From the sequence record SRR22947727_429: DNA of 40,279 bases, one strand, 5' to 3'. The position numbers and the translations under genes are program-made. The notes below the pieces were generated by a model. That model was not told where the DNA came from. It searched no databases and worked only from the letters and a program-made list of their open reading frames with translations. How positions within the stretch are numbered: the first letter of the stretch is position 1; each line of letters opens with the position of its first letter. Positions 1 through 8,720 of the stretch are shown in pieces.

Positions 1-1
1 T

Positions 2-988
2 AACACCTTTAAGGCGGCGAATGGCGCTGCGTACCAAATGTCCTGTATCTTGCGCAACAACTCCATTCAGCGCACCGTCACGAAGCGCTTTTTGGGTAAA
101 CGGAGTTCGCTCATGCGCGATTTTTATTGTATGAGCTGGGGGTTTAAGTGCCTTTAGAACCTCAAGCGGAATTCGCGCCTCAGAGGACATGACATAAATC
201 GCAACCATGTCAGGATTTGCTTTGAGGCTTAGTTTTATAATGCGTTCCGCACGTTCTTCATTGCTGTAGGTTTCAAGCGAAGGAAGTACACGTAAATTTT
301 TAAAGTTTTGTATCAGCTCTTGATCAAAACCACGGCGGCGCTCCAAGCTATCTCTTGATGACATGCTTTCAGAAATGACCATAACAGATCCGATGCGGCC
401 CCCAACGCATTGACCAAGCAATAATCCGGCCGTTGCGCCTGCTGCACAGTTGTCGACGCCAACTGACTCCTTGTTAAGAAATGGCTGGTTGGATATGAAA
501 GGCAAAGCTGCAATACCCCGTTCTTGAGCGCGGATAATAGCATCACGTACTTGCGGGGTCTCTGGAGCCATGATCGCCAAACCATCGATCTGATTTTGGT
601 CGAGCGATCGTAAAAATGAGGCGATGCTATGGGGATCATTCTCGTCGATACGTTCTACTTCACACCAAACGCGGTCTGCAGCGAAAATATTTCGTGATTC
701 CTCAATCTGTCTTAATATTTCCTGAAGAAATTGATCCCCAGATTTGGGCAGCGCAAAGATAAACCGATAGCTTTGCGATTTAGCAAGATTTGCAGCTTGA
801 AGGTTGCGAACGAATCCCAATTTTTCGATTGCGTGGTTCACGCGTTCTACGGTTCGCTTTGCGACCCCTTCACGGCTATTTAATACGCGATCGACTGTCG
901 CACGACTTACGCCGGCGGCTTTTGCAAGGTCTTTTGTTGTGGGCCGTTCTATTGATTCTTGCAGCGGCGCTAATCTCAATTTATCCAT
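2..988 (-). CDS. LacI-family transcriptional regulator (3' end runs off the window)
   Basis: Manual translation from the ATG at 988 gives MDKLRLAPLQESIERPTTKDLAKAAGVSRATVDRVLNSREGVAKRTVERVNHAIEKLGFVRNLQAANLAK, a classic LacI HTH plus hinge. It is divergent from the sugar ABC operon and absent from the ORF track, presumably because its stop lies outside the window. Confidence 0.93.
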   Translation of the reverse strand, partial: MDKLRLAPLQESIERPTTKDLAKAAGVSRATVDRVLNSREGVAKRTVERVNHAIEKLGFVRNLQAANLAKSQSYRFIFALPKSGDQFLQEILRQIEESRNIFAADRVWCEVERIDENDPHSIASFLRSLDQNQIDGLAIMAPETPQVRDAIIRAQERGIAALPFISNQPFLNKESVGVDNCAAGATAGLLLGQCVGGRIGSVMVISESMSSRDSLERRRGFDQELIQNFKNLRVLPSLETYSNEERAERIIKLSLKANPDMVAIYVMSSEARIPLEVLKALKPPAHTIKIAHERTPFTQKALRDGALNGVVAQDTGHLVRSAIRRLKGV

Positions 989-1056
989 TTTTTCAATATT
1001 TTAGCATTTTTTAGGTAATTAGTTATTTCGGTTGTTTCATGTGTATTAGCAAATTG

Positions 1057-1102
1057 TGAGGCACGTGTCTCAAAAAAAGCTTGCGTTGAGACACGTGCCT
1101 CA
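1057..1102. promoter_or_regulatory. Pair of palindromic LacI-type operators TGAGRCACGTGYCTCA
   Basis: TGAGGCACGTGTCTCA (1057-1072) and its exact reverse complement TGAGACACGTGCCTCA (1087-1102), 30 bp apart and CG-centred, between the LacI gene and the SBP gene. A -35-like TTGCGT (1081-1086) lies between them. Confidence 0.8.
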
Positions 1103-1170
1103 TTACTTCTTAACCTCAGAGGGTCGCGGCACGAGGGCTTGGATCCTTGCTTGTTTGGGAGGAGAGAACA

Positions 1171-2493
1171 ATGAAAACTAAATTAATGATGACCGCTGCA
1201 GCAGGTGCAATTGCCACCGCGGGGCTTCCATCTATCGCCACAGCTGAAGACCTCACGCTTTGTTGGGCCGCATGGGATCCTGCCAATGCGCTGATAGAGC
1301 TTAGTAAAGACTTTGAGCAGCAATCTGGGCACAACATGAGCTTTGAATTTGTTCCATGGACCAGCTTTGCTGACCGTATGTTAAATGAACTGAACTCAGG
1401 CGGACAGCTTTGCGATCTGATGATTGGCGATAGCCAATGGATTGGTGGCGGCGCTGAAAATGGTCACTACGTGAAGTTGAACGATTTTTTTGACGCCAAT
1501 AATATTACGATGGATGATTTCATACCCGCAACCGTGACAGGCTATGCAGAGTGGCCAAAGAATACACCGAATTACTACGCATTGCCCGCGTTTGGCGATG
1601 TCGTGGGTTGGACCTACCGCAAGGATTGGTTCGACCGCCCCGAATTACAGGCTGAATTTAAAGGAAAACATGGACGCGATTTAGGGGTGCCCTCATCTCT
1701 TGAAGAGTTAAAAGATATCGCTGAATTTTTTCAGGGTCGTGATATTGACGGAACGACCGTCTACGGTGCTGCGATCTACACTGAACGAGGATCTGAAGGT
1801 ATTACGATGGGGGTGACCAATGCCTTGTATAATTATGGCTTTGAGTATGAAAACCCAGCTAAACCCTATGATATTGATGGCTTTGTAAACTCTGCCGGCG
1901 CAGTTGCCGGTCTTGAATTTTACAAAGAGCTTTATGACAATTCAACGCCTCCAGGGTCTTCAAACTGGTATATGGGTGAAAACATTGATGCCTATCGTTC
2001 TGGTCAGGTCGCAATGCAGATGAATTTTGCGTTTATTTGGCCCGGGGTCGAAGCAGATGATAATGTAGGCAGCGGTCGTTCTGGTTATTTCCCAAACCCC
2101 GCAGGGCCTGCTGGCCAATTCGCTCAGCTAGGGGGGCAAGGAATTTCAGTAGTTGCATATTCTGAGAAACAAGATGCCGCTTTGGAATATATTCAGTGGT
2201 TTTCCAAACCAGACGTGCAAGCCAAATGGTGGGAACTTGGCGGTTACTCGGCGCTGAAAGCCGTGGTTGAAGACCCGAGTTTTGCGACCAGCCAACCTTA
2301 CGCACAAACGTTTCTGGATAGTATGGCAATCGTGAAAGACTTCTGGGCAGAGCCTGCATATGCAGATCTTCTGTTGCCGATGCAGGAACGAGTGCATAAC
2401 TATGTCGTTGCCGGAGAAGGTACAGCTCAAGAAGCTCTTGACGGGCTTGTAAGCGATTGGATCGAAGTTTTCGAAGACGAAGGAAAGCTTTAG
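1171..2493 (+). CDS. Carbohydrate (sugar/polyol) ABC transporter substrate-binding protein
   Basis: ORF 1147..2493; the ATG at 1171 follows a GGAGGAG RBS. Signal peptide MKTKLMMTAAAGAIATAGLPSIATA; CUT1-type SBP features (YALP..GD, YRKDWF, LGGQGISV). Confidence 0.93.
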   Translation: MKTKLMMTAAAGAIATAGLPSIATAEDLTLCWAAWDPANALIELSKDFEQQSGHNMSFEFVPWTSFADRMLNELNSGGQLCDLMIGDSQWIGGGAENGHYVKLNDFFDANNITMDDFIPATVTGYAEWPKNTPNYYALPAFGDVVGWTYRKDWFDRPELQAEFKGKHGRDLGVPSSLEELKDIAEFFQGRDIDGTTVYGAAIYTERGSEGITMGVTNALYNYGFEYENPAKPYDIDGFVNSAGAVAGLEFYKELYDNSTPPGSSNWYMGENIDAYRSGQVAMQMNFAFIWPGVEADDNVGSGRSGYFPNPAGPAGQFAQLGGQGISVVAYSEKQDAALEYIQWFSKPDVQAKWWELGGYSALKAVVEDPSFATSQPYAQTFLDSMAIVKDFWAEPAYADLLLPMQERVHNYVVAGEGTAQEALDGLVSDWIEVFEDEGKL

Positions 2494-2500
2494 AAACTTT

Positions 2501-2527
2501 TGTCAGGCCAGGGATCCTGGCCTGACA
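2501..2527 (+). terminator. Intercistronic 12-bp stem-loop after the SBP gene (mRNA stabiliser or attenuator)
   Basis: TGTCAGGCCAGG-GAT-CCTGGCCTGACA is a perfect stem with no following U-tract; this position is typical in ABC operons. Confidence 0.65.
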
Positions 2528-2621
2528 CTCCCGATTGACTGAACGTCAACTGAGATGATAATTTCTTCACTTTATTGATTTGCATGCTTAGCTATTTAGC
2601 TTGCGTGAAAGGTATGAACAA

Positions 2622-3569
2622 ATGGCTACAGGCCCCATCGATATCGTTGCCAAAAAGACGCCTTCTGGGATCGTTCATAAGATCAAAGGCTTATCTGACC
2701 GCACTATCGCTTGGATTTTTGTTGCACCCACAATCTTCTTGTTGCTTGCCGTTAATATCTTTCCACTCATTTGGACGATTAGGCTGAGCTTCACTAACTA
2801 TCGCGTTAATCGCCCTAACCGGGATGTAGAGTGGATTGGATTGCGCAATTATGAGCGTATTCTATCGGATGCTGATATCTGGAATACGATGCAGGCAACT
2901 GCACATTTTCTGATATGGACGATTATTATTCAAGTGCTGATAGGATTTGCCCTGGCATACCTCATCAATAAGAAATTTAAAGGCAATGATTTATGGACGA
3001 CGATCATTGTTTTCCCGATGATGCTGTCACCTGCCGTGGTCGGAAACTTTTGGACTTTTCTGTACCAGCCCCAGATTGGGCTGTTCAATTACGTGGTTAC
3101 TTTTTTCACTCGGGGAAACCCTGCGGACTTTTCGATGATCGGTGATGTTCACCTAGCGCCTTGGGCAATTGTCATTGCTGACACTTGGATGTGGACACCC
3201 TTTGTGATGCTGATTTGTTTGGCAGGTTTGCGCTCTATTCCTGATAGTATTTACGAGGCAGCAGAATGTGACCGTGCGAGCAAATGGCGACAATTCTGGA
3301 CTATTACAATACCAATGGTATTGCCATTTTTAATGTTGGCGGTTCTATTTCGAGGCATTGAAAACTTCAAGATGTTCGACCTAGTTGTTCAGCTTACGGG
3401 CGGCGGGCCAGGAAATACAACCACGCTGACGTCAATCGACCTCAAGCGTGAAGCTTTTGAAAAATGGCGAACCGGCTATTCTTCCGCCTATGCTGTGATC
3501 CTTTTTGTGACGGTGTTTGGACTGGCGTCAATTTATGTGAAGGCTCTCAATAAGGTTAAGGAAAGATGA
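2622..3569 (+). CDS. Carbohydrate ABC transporter permease (MalF-like)
   Basis: Multiple hydrophobic helices; EAA loop SIYEAAECDRASKWRQFWTITIP. Confidence 0.93.
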   Translation: MATGPIDIVAKKTPSGIVHKIKGLSDRTIAWIFVAPTIFLLLAVNIFPLIWTIRLSFTNYRVNRPNRDVEWIGLRNYERILSDADIWNTMQATAHFLIWTIIIQVLIGFALAYLINKKFKGNDLWTTIIVFPMMLSPAVVGNFWTFLYQPQIGLFNYVVTFFTRGNPADFSMIGDVHLAPWAIVIADTWMWTPFVMLICLAGLRSIPDSIYEAAECDRASKWRQFWTITIPMVLPFLMLAVLFRGIENFKMFDLVVQLTGGGPGNTTTLTSIDLKREAFEKWRTGYSSAYAVILFVTVFGLASIYVKALNKVKER

Positions 3570-4504
3570 GTTTCTCTGTAACTGACCCCACAAAAAATAC
3601 TAAATGGGTTGCTGGAATTTTAGTTGTTGCCTATGCGATCCTTACCATAATGCCGCTTTTGTGGATCATTGCCACAGGCTTTAAATCCCCTGCAGACTCC
3701 ATAGCCTATCCACCAGTCGTAGTGTTTGAGCCCACGCTAGAGGGCTATGTAAACCTGTTTACAGACCGAACCCGGGCCACTGAGAAAATGATCCAAGAGG
3801 CAGGTCCACCAAAAACTTGGTATGACATAATTGCGCGTGAGCGCGGCACTGTAATTAGCGGACCCTCTCGCTATGGCGAACGTTTTTTAAATTCGATTAT
3901 CATCGGGTTTGGCTCAACCGCACTTTGTATGGTGCTTGGAACGATGGCAGCCTACGCCTTTAGCCGGTTCAAAGTCCCATTAAAGGATGATCTTTTGTTC
4001 TTCATCCTCTCCACACGCATGATGCCTCCAATTGCCGTGGCTATTCCAATTTTCCTTATGTTTCGAAATCTTGGCCTTAATGATACCCATCTGGGTATGA
4101 TCCTTCTCTACACAGCGGTAAATCTGTCGCTTTCTGTTTGGTTGCTGAAAGGTTTTATTGACGAAATTCCAATAGAATACGAAGAGGCAGCTTTGATTGA
4201 TGGATATACGCGCTTTCAGGCCTTCTATAAAGTGGTGCTGCCTCAGGCTGCCACAGGGATTGCATCAACCGCTATCTTTTGCTTGATATTCGCCTGGAAT
4301 GAATATGCTTTTGCCGTATTGCTGACATCTGGTACCGCGCAAACAGCCCCGCCATTCATTCCAAATATTATTGGTGTAAATGGCAAGGATTGGCCTGCCG
4401 TAGCCGCAGGAGCGACAATTTTTCTGGTTCCCGTGATGGTTTTCACTGTGCTGCTGCGCAAACATCTTTTACGGGGCATAACTTTTGGAGCCGTCCGCAA
4501 ATGA
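3566..4504 (+). CDS. Carbohydrate ABC transporter permease (MalG-like)
   Basis: EAA loop EYEEAALIDGYTRFQAF; ATGA overlap with the previous gene. Confidence 0.93.
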   Translation: MSFSVTDPTKNTKWVAGILVVAYAILTIMPLLWIIATGFKSPADSIAYPPVVVFEPTLEGYVNLFTDRTRATEKMIQEAGPPKTWYDIIARERGTVISGPSRYGERFLNSIIIGFGSTALCMVLGTMAAYAFSRFKVPLKDDLLFFILSTRMMPPIAVAIPIFLMFRNLGLNDTHLGMILLYTAVNLSLSVWLLKGFIDEIPIEYEEAALIDGYTRFQAFYKVVLPQAATGIASTAIFCLIFAWNEYAFAVLLTSGTAQTAPPFIPNIIGVNGKDWPAVAAGATIFLVPVMVFTVLLRKHLLRGITFGAVRK

Positions 4505-4689
4505 GATCCTTCTTCACCGGCCTGTTGCATCTAAAACGTGGTTCATGGGAGATGGTCGCCTCCATCTTAATCGCGGTGGGCGTTATCATGCTTATGCAAC
4601 CCTTTTTACTTATCGTTTACACCTATTCATTCATCGTAACTTTGGTTGGTACTGTGATGTTTATCATCGTCAGCCATTTTCCGGAATAA
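4501..4689 (+). CDS. Small (62 aa) two-helix membrane protein within the ABC operon
   Basis: ATG at 4501 overlaps the permease stop (ATGA). MRSFFTGLLHLKRGSWEMVASILIAVGVIMLMQPFLLIVYTYSFIVTLVGTVMFIIVSHFPE fills the gap to the ATPase. Confidence 0.75.
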   Translation: MRSFFTGLLHLKRGSWEMVASILIAVGVIMLMQPFLLIVYTYSFIVTLVGTVMFIIVSHFPE

Positions 4690-4693
4690 GCCT

Positions 4694-5791
4694 ATGGCCC
4701 AGATTAGAATTGAAAATGTGCGCAAAGATTTCGGGGATTTCACCGCGGTCCAATCTTCTTCTTTTACTGTTGAGGATGGAGAATTCTTTATGCTGCTTGG
4801 TCCATCTGGTTGTGGTAAAACGACAACCTTGCGCATGATGGCCGGACTCGAACTGCCCACCAAGGGTGAGATTTACATCGACGGCGAAGAGGTTGGTATG
4901 AAGCCTGCAAGCCAGCGGGATATTGCATTCGTCTTTCAGATGTTCGCGCTTTACCCACATATGAATGTCCGCAAGAATATCAGTTACCCGCTTAAAAGTC
5001 AGGGAATGCCACGGGCTGCCATCAAACAAAAAGTTGGGGAAATCGCTGAAATCTTGGGTATTACCGAAATATTGGATCGACCCGTTGGTGGGCTTTCTGG
5101 TGGGGACAGGCAGCGTGTGGCTTTGGGGCGAGCCATCGTTCGAGACCCAAAGGCGTTCTTTATGGATGAACCTTTAGGGGCTTTGGATGCAGAGTTTCGC
5201 GAACATATGTCTGAAGAGTTACGTGCATTGCATGACCGGATGAACGCAACCACTGTTTACGTGACCCATGACCAGCTTGAGGCTATGCAAATGGGGGACA
5301 AGATTGTTGTGATGAACCATGGCGTTGTCGAACAATTTGGCGTTCCACAAAGTATCTATGATTGGCCTGCAACTAAGTTTGTTGCAGAGTTTATCGGATC
5401 GCCGCCAATGAATTTTCTTGATTTTCAGGGCACTGCGGGAAAAGGCGCAACAAATATAAGCTTTGGTAACGCTACCTTTGAAATCCCGCGCTTGTTGGAG
5501 GGGCAAAGCGGTGATCTGACCTTTGGCGTGCGCCCGGAACATATTCGTTTGGATGATAATGCTCATTTCCGAGGTGAAATATCAGCAGTTGAATATCTAG
5601 GAACAACCCAAATTATCACGCTGAATACTATGGCTGGGATTGTTAAGGTGCGCTCCTCTTCCTCGAACAAGGTCTTAATTGGCGACAAGACCGGCCTTTC
5701 CTTTGACCCACGTACGGTAACAATATTCAACGCCCGCAATGGCCAGGCTCTTAAAAGCGAGGCGAATAACGGAGTGCTTCTTAATGGCTGA
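4694..5791 (+). CDS. Carbohydrate ABC transporter ATP-binding protein (MalK-like)
   Basis: Walker A GPSGCGKT, signature LSGGDRQR, Walker B FFMDEP, H-loop VTHDQ. Confidence 0.95.
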   Translation: MAQIRIENVRKDFGDFTAVQSSSFTVEDGEFFMLLGPSGCGKTTTLRMMAGLELPTKGEIYIDGEEVGMKPASQRDIAFVFQMFALYPHMNVRKNISYPLKSQGMPRAAIKQKVGEIAEILGITEILDRPVGGLSGGDRQRVALGRAIVRDPKAFFMDEPLGALDAEFREHMSEELRALHDRMNATTVYVTHDQLEAMQMGDKIVVMNHGVVEQFGVPQSIYDWPATKFVAEFIGSPPMNFLDFQGTAGKGATNISFGNATFEIPRLLEGQSGDLTFGVRPEHIRLDDNAHFRGEISAVEYLGTTQIITLNTMAGIVKVRSSSSNKVLIGDKTGLSFDPRTVTIFNARNGQALKSEANNGVLLNG

Positions 5792-6779
5792 GGTCGCTTT
5801 AACAAAGGTTTCCAAATCTTTTGGAGAAGACGTAGCACTTGATGACTTGACGATGACCGTTCCCGACGGATCTTTTGTCGTGCTGTTAGGCCCTACGGGT
5901 GCAGGAAAAACCACAACCCTGCGTATGGTGTCTGGCTTGGATAAGCCAGATCAAGGGCAAGTCTTCATTGGCGGTCGCGATATGTCCACGCTGACACCGG
6001 CCCAAAGAGATGTTGCAATGGTGTTCCAGCAATATTCGCTCTACCCGCATTTGACAGTTCGGGAAAATTTGGAATTTCCATTAAAATCGCCGGCATTAAA
6101 GACGCCTCAGGCAACGATTAACCTTAAGGTCGGAGAGGTGGCTGAGGTTCTTCAGATAAGCCACAAACTTGACAATAAAGCCACGGCTCTTTCGGGTGGT
6201 GAGATGCAACGCGTTTCAATAGGAAGGGCCTTGGTACGCAATCCATCAGTATATCTGATGGATGAACCTCTTAGTTCTCTTGATGCTAAATTACGGGCAG
6301 ATCTTCGCATTGAGCTGAAAAGAATTCAGGCAACATCTGGGGCTACTTTGCTTTATGTCACACATGATCAGATCGAAGCGATGACGATGGCAACCCATGT
6401 AGGTGTTTTGGACAAAGGTAAATTAATCCAGTTTGGTAGCCCACGCGAGATATATGAAGATCCCGTCAATGTTTATTCGGCTGGGCGCCTTGGTTTGCCC
6501 CGCATAAATATCCTTCCTGCTGATTTATTTGCTGGCAAGCCCACTAATGCAGAACTGATTGGGTTGAGGCCAGAACATATTTTTCAAGGTGAAGGTGAAG
6601 ACGCCACGGTCAAGCGTATTGAGCACTTAGGAGATCAAACTCGTTTGCATTTAGACTTCAAGAATCATCATCTAATCACTGTGACAGAAGCTCATACTCT
6701 TCTGAAATCAGGTGACAATATTAAAATTCAACCAAAACAACCATATTATTTCGACGCTGCAGGCGCGCGCATTTTTTGA
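5784..6779 (+). CDS. Second carbohydrate ABC transporter ATP-binding protein
   Basis: GPTGAGKT, LSGGEMQR, LMDEP, VTHDQ; probable start MAEVAL at 5784 after GGAG. Confidence 0.95.
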   Translation: MAEVALTKVSKSFGEDVALDDLTMTVPDGSFVVLLGPTGAGKTTTLRMVSGLDKPDQGQVFIGGRDMSTLTPAQRDVAMVFQQYSLYPHLTVRENLEFPLKSPALKTPQATINLKVGEVAEVLQISHKLDNKATALSGGEMQRVSIGRALVRNPSVYLMDEPLSSLDAKLRADLRIELKRIQATSGATLLYVTHDQIEAMTMATHVGVLDKGKLIQFGSPREIYEDPVNVYSAGRLGLPRINILPADLFAGKPTNAELIGLRPEHIFQGEGEDATVKRIEHLGDQTRLHLDFKNHHLITVTEAHTLLKSGDNIKIQPKQPYYFDAAGARIF

Positions 6780-6790
6780 TGGGGGAAGAG

Positions 6791-8422
6791 ATGCAACAGT
6801 TTATCAATGATAAAGAAAAAATTGTCACCGACGCTATTGATGGGGCAATCGTTGCGTCAGGCGGCGCGCTGACAAGGCTTGATGGCTATCCACATATTCG
6901 CGTGGTCGTTCGAAGCGACTGGGATAAGTCCAAAGTTGCCTTGGTATCCGGTGGAGGCTCTGGGCATGAACCCGCTCATGTTGGATTTGTCGGACGCGGA
7001 ATGCTCACTGCAGCGGTTTGTGGGGATGTATTTGCCTCTCCTTCGGTAGATGCCGTGCTGGCTGGAATTCTTGCGGTGACAGGTCCTGCGGGGTGTTTGT
7101 TGATAGTTAAGAATTATACGGGTGATCGGTTGAATTTTGGGTTGGCTGCTGAGCGGGCGCGGGCCTTTGGGCTAAAAGTCAGTATCGTAATTGTTGATGA
7201 TGACATTGCTCTTCCCAACCTTCCACAAGCGCGTGGCTTGGCTGGAACACTTTTCGTTCACAAGATCGCTGGTGCGCTGGCCGAAAATGGTGCAACCCTT
7301 GAGGAGTGTGTCGCGAGCGCTGACAGAGTTATAAAAGCAAGCTGTAGCATTGGCATGTCGCTTGATACCTGTACAGTTCCAGGATCATTAAAAGAAGAAC
7401 GCATTCCAAAAGGCATGGTGGAACTGGGGCTTGGCATTCACGGGGAAGCTGGTGTTGAACAGGTACTTTTCAAGGGGGCAAGAAATGCGATTTCCCAAGT
7501 GGTTGACCGGTTATCTAATTCAATGCCCAAAACACCTCATGTCGCGCTTATAAATAACCTTGGGGGTTCCTCTGTTCTAGAAATGTCTGTTCTGACGAAC
7601 GAGCTATTATCCTCTTCTATAGGGGGGCAAATTAAAATTCTGATTGGACCCAATGCTATGATGACGGCTCTAGACATGCACGGGTTTTCTGTTTCTGTTA
7701 TGGAGCTTTCCGAAGATGATGAAGCTCTTTTTGATCAAATGGTGTCTGTTCCAGGTTGGCCTGGCTGTAAATCAATTTTAGAGACAACTATTTTACCTCT
7801 GCCTGACGGGCTTTCTCCGGTACGCACACCTGCATCTCCTCATAACCCTACGAAGACATTCTTGACCCATTGTTGCGGCGTGCTTATCTCATCGCAAGAC
7901 GACCTGAATGCCCTAGATGCTAAATCAGGAGATGGTGATACCGGCTCGACGCTGGCGAGCGCCGCGACGGCGCTTATTGGAGCGATGGATACGTTGCCTC
8001 TCGCGGATCATACACAATTATTCCGCGCAATCGGGTTGGAGCTCAGTCAAACGATGGGGGGATCATCGGGCGTTTTACTTGCTATTTTCTTTGCCGCGGC
8101 TGGGGATGCATCCTCATCTGGGAAGCCTATGCGCGAGGCGCTACAGGAAGGTCTGGATCGAATGCGCGAAATTGGCGGCGCCAATCCCGGAGATCGTACT
8201 ATGATCGACGCATTGTTGCCTGCACTGGACGCATTAAAAGATGGTTTAAAACAAGCAGCGTTGGCGGCGCGTAAGGGTGCAGAGTATACAGCCACGCTTA
8301 CAACCGCTAAAGCCGGACGTGCAACATACCTAAATCCGGAACAGCTTGAGGGCCATGTTGATCCAGGCGCCGAAGCCGTTGCGCGCCTATTTGAAGCACT
8401 TGTTCAAGATTACAACGCATAA
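6791..8422 (+). CDS. dhaK: ATP-dependent dihydroxyacetone-kinase family protein (fused DhaK-DhaL)
   Basis: SGGGSGHEPAH, KNYTGDRLNFG and GLGIHGE (Dak1); DAKSGDGDTG, MGGSSG, GDRTMIDAL and AGRA.Y (Dak2). Confidence 0.93.
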   Translation: MQQFINDKEKIVTDAIDGAIVASGGALTRLDGYPHIRVVVRSDWDKSKVALVSGGGSGHEPAHVGFVGRGMLTAAVCGDVFASPSVDAVLAGILAVTGPAGCLLIVKNYTGDRLNFGLAAERARAFGLKVSIVIVDDDIALPNLPQARGLAGTLFVHKIAGALAENGATLEECVASADRVIKASCSIGMSLDTCTVPGSLKEERIPKGMVELGLGIHGEAGVEQVLFKGARNAISQVVDRLSNSMPKTPHVALINNLGGSSVLEMSVLTNELLSSSIGGQIKILIGPNAMMTALDMHGFSVSVMELSEDDEALFDQMVSVPGWPGCKSILETTILPLPDGLSPVRTPASPHNPTKTFLTHCCGVLISSQDDLNALDAKSGDGDTGSTLASAATALIGAMDTLPLADHTQLFRAIGLELSQTMGGSSGVLLAIFFAAAGDASSSGKPMREALQEGLDRMREIGGANPGDRTMIDALLPALDALKDGLKQAALAARKGAEYTATLTTAKAGRATYLNPEQLEGHVDPGAEAVARLFEALVQDYNA

Positions 8423-8720
8423 GATCGAGCTAATAAGTGTTCGTGCCCTTGCATTGAAAAAAGCCTTGGAGAGAGGTTCCTAACGTTTAGCGAAATCACA
8501 CTGCTAAAGGTATGCAATGGCGCGGTGCCTATCCAGTAACCCACCTAAGGACACGTTCGAGCTGTCGCCGGTCAGATCTCAGGGGCTATCTACGGATAAC
8601 CAGAGGTGTCTCGGCATTTAAAAGCTGGATTAGCGGGAAAGGGTACTCTTTTTGTCACGGTTCAATTTTTCAATCTTTAAATTTTATCATAAATTGGACG
8701 TAGTATAATTTCAAAGACAT

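Noticed and set aside
313-1014. ORF-track entries 313..639, 790..1014 and 804..1004
   Set aside because: They overlap the LacI gene in other frames or on the opposite strand.
8423-8720. Spacer after dhaK as a possible island boundary or integrase remnant
   Set aside because: No tRNA-derived repeat or integrase motif could be identified.
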